Shown here one piece after another: positions 54,944 to 64,000 of a stretch of DNA of 64,000 nt (position 1 is the first letter of the stretch; every line of letters begins with the position of its first letter). The notes under the pieces are model-generated. The model was given only the letters and a program-made list of their open reading frames with translations, ran no database searches and was not told where the DNA came from. Source of the stretch: Moniliella sp. 'wahieum' (Eukaryota); contig RSEE01000003.1 in assembly GCA_003971905.1 (NCBI GenBank), positions 310,001 to 374,000 of the forward strand, read 5' to 3'. The position numbers and the translations under genes are program-made.

Positions 54944-56916
54944 AGTGTATGCGGGGAGAGAGAGGCGGGGCGCAGACAGATGAGGTGGTGGCGGAAGCGT
55001 CGGACGTCGAATGTGGTGAACGTGTAAGATGAACGATGACGCGTGTCGATGAACATTGAACGTACGTTGAACGTTGAACGTTGAACAGATGAACGATCGA
55101 TGAACGATGGTTCGATCCAGGGTGAAAATTAAATGTTAAACGGATTAAGCAATGAAGGTAATGAGAACGAGCCACATACGGTTTGTGCACATGTATCTTC
55201 CACCCGAAGATATGGTCTGTGGAGTATATTCAAGATTGAGAGTATTGGCGGTGGACAACCCTCAGTGGCCTCAGTGGCTATAGATTAGATGTGTGCACGG
55301 GAAACCAAAACAGAGGGAATGTGGTCATGTAACAAACCAAAGAGGGAATGTCCTCAGGCTAGCCTCACATATTATACGCGCGACGCGCACACACGTCTTC
55401 AGGATGTGGATGTGATCAGACCTGGAGTCCGGATGGTCCTCGAGGGCGATGGAATCGCCCTCGTGGTGGTGGTGGTCATCTAATCCAACCAGCAACACCT
55501 ACAGAGGAACATCAAGCAGCGAGTCGCCATCGCCAGGGGCTAAGCTGCGGAACAAGGAAAAAACAGGAGAGAATAGAAACAACGGAACTCCTAGGCCTGT
55601 TGAGGAGGAACCGAAGGGACATTGGCCAAAGCACGAGCCACCTGATGGCTCAACAGTGGGCTTGTCGCAGCGAGCACAGGGAAGAACCGCTGTTCCGATC
55701 ATGGTTGTCAATGAAGAGTGGCGAAGGACATAACCGAGCTTGACCCTCTGGCATCCTTAGCCAGCTTTGGCAACGAAGCAATTATGGTTTCGCTCAGCTC
55801 AGTCGTCTGAGGCGATTCAGGCTCAGGGCCCGGCTGTTGGTAAGATATTTCGGAGTTGTACGCCCCTCACCCATCCCCTTCTCCCCTTGTGTATGCCTGA
55901 ATGTACATTTGTTGCATGGAGGCTGGATCTCGATCATTGCCTTTTCGTCTCTCTCTTCTGCTCCCGACAATAGGTTGTTGTCTGTAATATACGAGGGCGA
56001 TCGTAGTCACGCACATACCACGAGTTCTCCTTCATCCGCAGGCAATACCTCATCGTGTCCGCTTTCACAATATGGAAATCAACAAATGCGGAGCTCAGCG
56101 TCCGAGGATATACGGAGCGCCCCGTAACATCAAAATACCTGCGGGGGTTGGATTAATGCATTACGCGAAAACGAGATGCCAACAGATGCATCGGATCACA
56201 GGCAAGGTGTCGCAGATGTCGGGCGGCTTATCAACACATCAACCCAACCTGAACGTCTCAGATGCAGCTCTTCGCGCTTCGCGTGTGCCACGCATCTGGG
56301 CTGCCGCCCTCCTTCGTTCTCGATGTTCTCTGAACCCGTCCACCTCCAAGCCCATCCAAGCCCCAGCCCTGTTCCAGGCCAGTCTGTGTCCCATATTGCG
56401 TGCTAATATGTCATCCTTACCCTTGAGTTTCTGTCTCCGGAAGCATGTGTCGTTCGTTGAGACCATGTATAGACGCCAGCCACGAACATCTCGTGGCGCG
56501 CCAAGGCCAGCAAAAACGCCTGGCGCCAACAGTGGCCCCATGCAGTGGCGGCGCACACCCACAGTCTGCTCCGGGCCGGCTCAGCAGCCGTCCCGTGCCA
56601 GGCAATGCCGAGATGCAGCCGAGCCCCCCCCCCGCAGCAGTGCAGGCCGCGCTATGTCGACGCACCCATGCCACACACTGCCCCTGTGCAGGAGGGACAA
56701 GCGGGGGCTTGCAGACGATCATATACACACAGCAAGCATGCATCATCCATGTCATGCATCATGAATGCCTGCCGCGCGTCCCGACAGGTCAAGACTGCGT
56801 CCATTGTTACTACGGCTGATATATGTGCCCCTGCACAGTTTAGGCTTGCTACACCGTCCCAACCCCCTGCTTCAGCCACCCACACCACCACCAGCACCAC
56901 CTGCCATCTTGTCTGC

Positions 56917-58417
56917 ATGCAGCTCGCCCCCCTCTTTGTCTCCCTTGCCCTCGCTCTCGGGGCCACCGCTCTGCCCAAGCCCAGCCCCGCAGCAGGCGTC
57001 CTCGAGATCCCGCTAGCTCGCAACCCTGCCCGCAGCGTCCATGCCAGGAACGGTGCCGTGGACTCGGTCCTCATTCAGAAGGAGATCAACCGCGTCAACA
57101 CCAAGTACCAGCGCACCTTTGACAACTACTTCGCAAATACGGGCCTGCGCCACCCTTTGGACACCCGTGACCACTCCAGCCGCCGCGGTACTGGGGAAGT
57201 CGCTTTGACCGACGTGCAGGATGGCTTGCTCTGGACCGGTACGTGCCATCCTTCCCCTATCAGATAGCATCCACACATGTACCTCACTCAACATGTACCT
57301 CACTCATCACTACTCTGTCTGCAGGCATCATTGCGTTCGGCACGCCTTCCCAGTCCATCCCAATTGGTCCGTACCCTCTGCCCCCCCACTTCTAAGCGCG
57401 CGCCGCACCATTGGTGGCGGATAGCCTCTATGAGTCTCTATAAACTGACGTGACCGTTTCCCCCAGACTTTGACACGGGTAGTTCCGACACGCTTGTCAA
57501 CCCTTCTGCTTACAAGCCCTCTGAATCGAGCACTTCCGACGACACTCATACGACCTTTAGCGACTCGTACGGTGACGGCACCACTGCCTCGGGCGAGGTG
57601 TACGCGGACAAGCTATCGATTGGTGGCTTGGGCGCGCCCAAGGCCTACATTGGAAAGTCCAACTCCACCTTCCTCTCGGGCGAGGGAAACAGCCAGGGCA
57701 TCAGTGGCATGGCTTTCCCCAATCTCGCTTCGTTCAAGCAGCAGGAGCCCTGGTTCTACTCCCTTATCAAAGCGAATGTGCTGAGCCAAAAGTCCTTTGT
57801 CTTTGATTTGAAGAAGTCCGGATCCACCTTGTCCATCGGCACGGCCGGAAGTCAACCCTCATGGGCTAAAGTGACTGACGCTTCCTACTGGTCCATCGAC
57901 GCCGAAGTGAACGGCAAGTCGATCAGTGGGATTGTCGACTCGGGTACGTATCTTTGACGGGCGTGTTGTATGACTGCAGAAATTCTGACGCAGGCACTCT
58001 CTTGGTTCTGGCCAACACAGGCACGACTTTGGTGGTGGTAAGTACACGCTTTTTCTGCTCATCCCTACCAAAATATAGCCCACCCTAACCCCTTGACCTT
58101 CTTTCCCCCTGCAGGCACCTTTTCTCGAGGCTCTCGAGCTATACGCTTCACTCGGATTGGCTCCTCAATTCGGATCGGGCTCCGTGCAGGCCACCTACGA
58201 TTGCTCCAGCCCCCCTTCCGTCACTTTCAAGCTCGGCGGCAAGTCTGTCAACTTGGGCAAGTACACGTCGTACGGAACAGACGACAGTGGAAACTGCGTC
58301 TTTGCTGTTGTTGGCAGTTCGGGCACTTCCAGCATTGGCTGGATTTTGGGTGACAGTGTCTTTCAAGCCAATGGCCCCATTACCTTCGATGTGGCCAACG
58401 AGCGTGTGGGCTTCTGA
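56917..58417 (+). CDS. Secreted pepsin-like aspartic protease (A1)
   Basis: Signal peptide MQLAPLFVSLALALGATA and a prosegment; FDTGSSD and IVDSGT catalytic motifs; WILGDSVF; FDVANERVGF*; four introns. Confidence 0.93.
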
Positions 58418-59356
58418 GAAGCTTCGCAAGCGCCCTCCTCCGGCTGTATAAGGCACGGGTAGTTTCCCCTTATTTACTTTTTTCTCCTCATTGTGGGCCT
58501 GTACTGGCCCGTACATTCTTTTCTGTGGGTATTCTGCTGTAATAAGCAGCCTTTTGGTTGCTATGTTCATGTTTTCTTTTTCACGATCCTTGGTGGGTCA
58601 GGGTGGTCGTCATTGTACTGACCAGGACCCAGCTTGATTGATGCTTGAGGCAACGTTTCCAAAGCTGAAAAGCTATAAGTAGCGCTCTTCGGGGCTATAA
58701 CCACAGGCTCGCTTTGTTTGTAGCTGGTACATTTGGATGTTTCCCACTGCGGTTTATGGACACTAAATGCCTAACCTGCAGTCCTGTGGACGGACGGGCC
58801 TGTTTTGGTATTGGCGGAGGGATGCATTGTGGACACAGTGGACAACAACGAGCATACGGTGCCAAAGACATGAAACTGTTGTGGGTGAAGTAGTGGTACC
58901 ACTCTCTTACTGACGAGAATAGACATATCATCGGCCATACATAGTAGACACCTAGACGACCTTTCTAAGAGGGTGCTCGAGCCTTTGATTTCTAGTAGCA
59001 GAGCTCACGTCTCTGATGCTTTCTTCCTTGGTGCATTACGAGTAATATATGCTGTTGCTCTTCGCTCTTCATTTACTCACAGTCTTGACGACATTCGGCC
59101 TGTGGGGAGTAACCCTCACACTTATATACGAAGACCAACACATTGATTCACGCAACCTCTACGGCGCATACCAGATCTCTTGGACATGATAGTTGAAATC
59201 GGGCAACAGAAACTAGAGTAACAACCGCGTGGGGGGATTGCTATCGAAGACCTCTTACTCGTATATACTTGCGTTTTTTTTTGCTGACTCTCCCCCCTCT
59301 TGGATCACTCAACCATCAACATATGCATTCTTCATTTGGGCCCAGAATGCCAAAAA

Positions 59357-60843
59357 TTAAACTGAAGCCACGGCCAACTCGTGAAGGTACACTGCCATCA
59401 CCTTGGAACCTTCAATAAAGTTGCGCAGCTCAAGGGATTCGATCGCATGAGCCCCGTCATCTGCACCCCCCATAGGAAGAAGTAGCAAGTTTTTCTCCAG
59501 TACGTCCGCAAACGAGAGGGCGACAGGGATTGATCCGCCTTCACGAGTCAAGTCGGGGACTACACCATAGACTGCCTCGACCGCCTTGGAAGCCGCCGTG
59601 TAGTTCCAGTGGTCCGTGTCTGCCATCCATGGCTTCCCCCCTGGATTGGCGTCGAGCCGCATCTTGTTTTTGCTCCCCAACTGAGCCCAGAGATGGTTGA
59701 TGTAGTCAGTCGTCAGCTTAATCACCTGTTCAGGCGACATGTCGGGCACGAGACGGAGAGAGAACCGGCCCAGGACCTTGCCTGGGATGGCTGTTTTGGG
59801 ACCTGGTCCAGCCGAGCTCTCGATGCTGTGAACAGACAAGGTCGGGTAGCGCATGCGTGCCATCAGCAGCGCGCTCTTATCCTCGGAGCGAGCGACTTTG
59901 GCCTTGGCACTGTCCTCGAGGGTAGCCAAGTCAAAATCCATCACCTCGTACCGCTTGGCTTCGTCAGGCGTGAGTGGGCGGACAAGATCGTTGATCCCAG
60001 GAATGAGAATCTCCCCTTGGGATGTGACGAGCTGAGAGAGGATACGAATCAGGTCCGTCATCGGCTCATACACCATGCCTCCAAACAGCCCCGAGTGCAA
60101 ATCCACTCCAGGACCCTCAATGTGCAGTTCAAAGTACTGGATCCCCCGTAGGCCATGGGTCAAGCACGGCCGCTTAGAGAGCCATGTGTTGTCAGAGATG
60201 CAGATTGCATCGGCCTGCGCAAAAAAGCCCCCTTTTTCCTGTGCAATGAGGTCATGCAACCCAACAGAACCCGATTCCTCCATCCCTTCGAAGCACATCT
60301 TCAAATTGACTGGAAGCTCCGTTCCCGTTTGGCGGTGGGCATCCAGAACATTGATCCAGCCCAGGACAGGGCCCTTGTCATCGCTTGTGCCCCGACCCCA
60401 CATGCGGCCTTGATCATCCTGGGTTAGCACAAACGGCTCTGTCGCCCATCCATCCACCTTGGCCGCTGGCTGTACATCGTAGTGCTGCCAGACAGACGAG
60501 GTTAAACGCATATTTCAACTCCCGGTGAGATATCGAGAGGAGCACGCACGCCATAGACTAGTAACGTCTTCTTGCTCGGGTCCGTACCGACCTGGGCGAG
60601 GATGACAGGTGGGAGGTCTACCTCAATACCATCGAGAATCTGATTCCCCATTGCCCTCAGCTCTGTTGTTGCCCCAGCTTCGTTCAGCCGAGCAACAAGC
60701 CAGGCAGCCATGCGGTGGACCTCCGGCCGCGCCATCGCCTCGCCCGATACCGATGGGATAGCCACAGCTTCGGCCAGGCGTTGGACATAGGCGCTCTTGT
60801 TGGCCTCGAGCGTGGCAAGGATGTTCTGGACGTCACTCAACAT
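59357..60843 (-). CDS. DUG1: M20 Cys-Gly metallodipeptidase (CNDP2-like)
   Basis: RLAEAVAIPSVS; LVYG|HYDVQPA; GRGTSDDKGP; FEGMEESGS; DLHSGLFGG; TREGGSIP; DDGAH. Confidence 0.88.
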
Positions 60844-61323
60844 CTAATACAAAGGGGGGCGATCGGGTTGTTGCCAAGCGGATGGTGGAGCGAAGAAGAG
60901 GAGGATCGGACTTTAGCGTCCCGAAGCCCAGCAGATCTGCGCCGCGGCTTTCGATGGAGTGACTAGTGACCGGTGACCAATGACTGGCCTGAGGCCTGAC
61001 CGGTGACCGACCGCGCCACAACAGTCGCGCTCAGCGGCTATGCGCGTTCACCGGTCACCGATCGACTGGCCATCTATTTGTAGAGATTGTGTGTTGTTCG
61101 ATGGAACACCACCACCGTCGTCCCGCCGTTCCATAACTAATGCCCAACCCTCTCAAGAGAGCAGCGGGAGGGAGAGGGAATGGGTGCTCCTGTTCCACCT
61201 CCTAAGATCAGGTTGAACTCAACTCAATACTCAATCCTGTGGCAGTTGGGACGGGCAGGCATAACATTAAAGTACAGACAGTAACCGGCTTCTTTCCCCA
61301 CACAAGCGTAGCACGGGGTCTCT

Positions 61324-63790
61324 TCATGGCCGCGCCTCCTTGGAGACCTCCGTTGCGGTCATGCGTTCGGCCAGTTGCGCAGCTGCTATGGCGTCCAGGG
61401 GGTGCTCGTCCGGCACCGGCACATTGGGCATCGGCCCCAACGTGGCGCCCAAGCCAAGGTGCAGTTCCAACTCGGCATCCGACACAGACGGAGGCACGTG
61501 CCCAGAGAGTGACTCGGCAGCCAACGCTTTTTCCTTTGCCCGCAACGCGTCCACATGCGCATCAATCAGGGAGTCGGAAACAGGTCCTCGTCCCGGTCGA
61601 AAAGGATCTTCTCCTTCTCAGGGGAAAACAGGTCACCCGTTTCTTTGTTCGAGTCGGTTAGCTGAGCCCGGACGAGCTTCTCAAACTGGGTCCCAGGCCT
61701 GTTGAGCTCTTGAAAGCTGCCCATTTCGGCCACACGGCCTTGGTCCAGCACGACAATCACGTCAGCCGACTTGATCGTCGACAAGCGATGGGCAATGATC
61801 CATACGGTCGCCTGACCCGACTTGACAATCTTTTGGACGGTACTGTTGATCAAGTGCTCCGAGTTGGTGTCCAGGGCCGAGGTCGCCTCGTCCATGAGCA
61901 GAATAGGTGCGCCGCGGAGAAGAGAACGTGCGATGCTGATCCGTTGCCGCTGTCCGCCCGACAATTGGCGCGCATTCGTGTCGAAGCCCAGAGGGAGAGC
62001 ACGGATAAAGTCCATGCAATTGGCCGCGTCCGCCGCAGCTTCAATCTCGGCCATGCTTGCTCCTGGACGCGAGTACGCAATATTCTCAGCGATTGTGCCC
62101 TCGAACATGACCTATACGTAAAAGTCAGTATACGACAGAGTCTGAATCAAGAAGAGCGCAGAGAACACATACCGGGTCTTGCCCCACCACACCAAAGAGG
62201 TTGCGCAGCTCGTCCAACTGATACTCCTTCACGTCGTGACCTGCAACCCTGACCTGCCCCGCGTCTGGATCGTACAGGCGGAGCACAAGGGAATGCACCG
62301 AACTCTTCCCTACCCCCATGACCCACAGAGAGCAACGTTGGTGCCCGGCTTGATGGTCAAGTTAAAGTCTTGTAGAATGGGCCGCTCCGGACGACTAGGG
62401 TAACTGAAATCGACGTTGCAAAATTCGATTGTTGGATTGGAAGCGTCGGGTGGCTCGAGACGCTTTCCGGACTGAATGTGTGGCTCGCGTTCCATCAAGG
62501 CAAACACACGAGCCCCTGCGCCCATACCCTTCATAATACTGGCAAAGAACCCCGTTAGGTTGGCCAGGCCACCGCCGAGATAGGCAGTATACATCATCAG
62601 CGACGTGAGATCACCCGTGGTGAGGATCCCCTTGGAGACCAGTGTACCGCCGTAGGCAAAAAGTGAGGATGGCACAGTTGCCGATAAAGCCCATGCCAGC
62701 GTAAAAGTAACCTGTTGCCTTGGCCTCCGTCACTTGGACCTGAGAAATAGCCTTGATTTCACCGAGCAAACGCTTGGCCTCCATTCCCTGTGCATTGTAG
62801 GCAGTGATGGTACGGAACGCGTGCGGTGCCAGCCGCTCTTGGGCCACATCTGTCATTTTCCCCACAGCGTCTTGGGTCTTGTGGGTCAGACCACGAATGT
62901 ACCTGCCGTACCATACAGCACCGACAGCCGTGGGAGGGATAATGCCCAGCATGAGGTAGGTCAAGTCGGTTGAAATCCACAGCATTGCCGTGCCCGCCGC
63001 AACAACCGTGACGGCCGCTCGCAACCCATCGCCAACATCCGAAGTGAGACTGTCGCCGACGATGGTCGTGTCAACACTCAGCCGGCTCACTACATCGCCT
63101 GCGTGCTTGTCAGCCCACTCGACGTCCTGGCGCAGTGCCGAGGAAAAGCTGCGCTGACGCAAGTTTTGGATCAACCGGATGGCTGACATGTCAAGTAAAA
63201 TGTTGCTCCCAGCTTGGTCCGCTGCCCCAATCGCAAAAACCAAGACGAGCACCGGAGCCACTTGATTGAAGGTAAGCCCCCAAAAGGCATGCGTGTCGTC
63301 GGTACCAAACAAGTCAATCAAGCGACCAATGACTGCTGGGATGGTGAGAGTAACACCCGAGGAAATGAGCAACAAGGCGAGGGCCAGAATGATGGTCTTT
63401 TTTGGGTTGCCGCAAGTGCCCACAATTTCTTGAGGCTAGGGTATGGTTCTCCCTCTTTCGCAGGGGGACGAATCTGCGCAAGCACTTGCTGGACCAGGCT
63501 CAGCCGAGGACGGGCCGTCCTGTCGGGTTCGGGCTTGGGCGGGGCGTTGGAGAAGATGAGGAGAAGAAGAAGATGGGACAGAGGAAGCAAACCGGACAAG
63601 GGAGGGTGTGGGTAACGAAGACAGGGCGTTGCGCCGGAAAGGCAAGCTCGTTGGTGCCACCACAGCCGAGGGTGTGGGAGGGTGGGTGGAGCCGCCGACC
63701 CAAGTTGGAGGTGGCAAATTGCCGCGAATGGCAGGGCGTGCACAGCCGAGCAATGCGGGTCGAATGGGCAGGAAAAGAAGGAACGCGCAT
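61324..63790 (-). CDS. Mitochondrial half-size ABC transporter (Mdl1/Mdl2/ABCB10 family)
   Basis: Arg/Ser-rich presequence; TMD with GDVVSRLSVD and MKGMGAGARVF; FSYPSRP; GKSS Walker A; LSGGQRQRI; ILLMDEATSALD; IAHRLSTI. Confidence 0.9.
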
Positions 63791-64000
63791 GCTGAGCCTG
63801 GTAACAGACCACGTCTCAAGCACGTTGAGCGTGGAGAAAGCGCAGCGAGAGGGGGAGGTACAGTGACAACGGCAACAACAATGGCAACCGCGACGGCAAC
63901 GGCGCCCGGAGTTGTGGTTGTGACGCCGAAAATCTTGGGGGCGTGTCACTTTTTGAAGCCCTTCTTCCATCAATAACTCCATGGCTACTGCCATCCCAGC

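Overview
Gene-dense, GC-rich fungal DNA with short GT..CTRAC..YAG introns. The gene content (Rrm4-type MLLE protein, basidiomycete-type Hsp20-like and M28 proteins) points to a basidiomycete, probably Ustilaginomycotina; this is an inference. Almost every gene, including essential ones, is broken by 1-bp indels, which is best explained by an unpolished assembly, so CDS ends are approximate and stitched across frames. About 26 protein genes are supported: M28 peptidase, eIF3a, a Pro-rich protein, Hsp20-like, MED14, Rrm4-like, ATP5, KRR1, an aminotransferase-kinase fusion, SIR2, alpha-arrestin, GPN3, urease, TRR1, LETM1-like, CDC55, RPS6/RPS13, a GRGGxGN protein, DJ-1, a conserved unknown, an E2, an aspartic protease, DUG1 and an MDL-type ABC transporter. 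The main discovery is a non-coding, highly structured + strand region (~47.43-48.62 kb) that looks like a stand-alone telomerase RNA gene. It has a CCUAACCCUAA template directly after a boundary hairpin, a candidate H-type pseudoknot and long G-U-rich helices. Also notable are an intronless bacterial-like phospho-lyase/hydroxylysine-kinase fusion with a putative mitochondrial presequence, and an Rrm4-like protein with three MLLE-like domains but apparently only one RRM.
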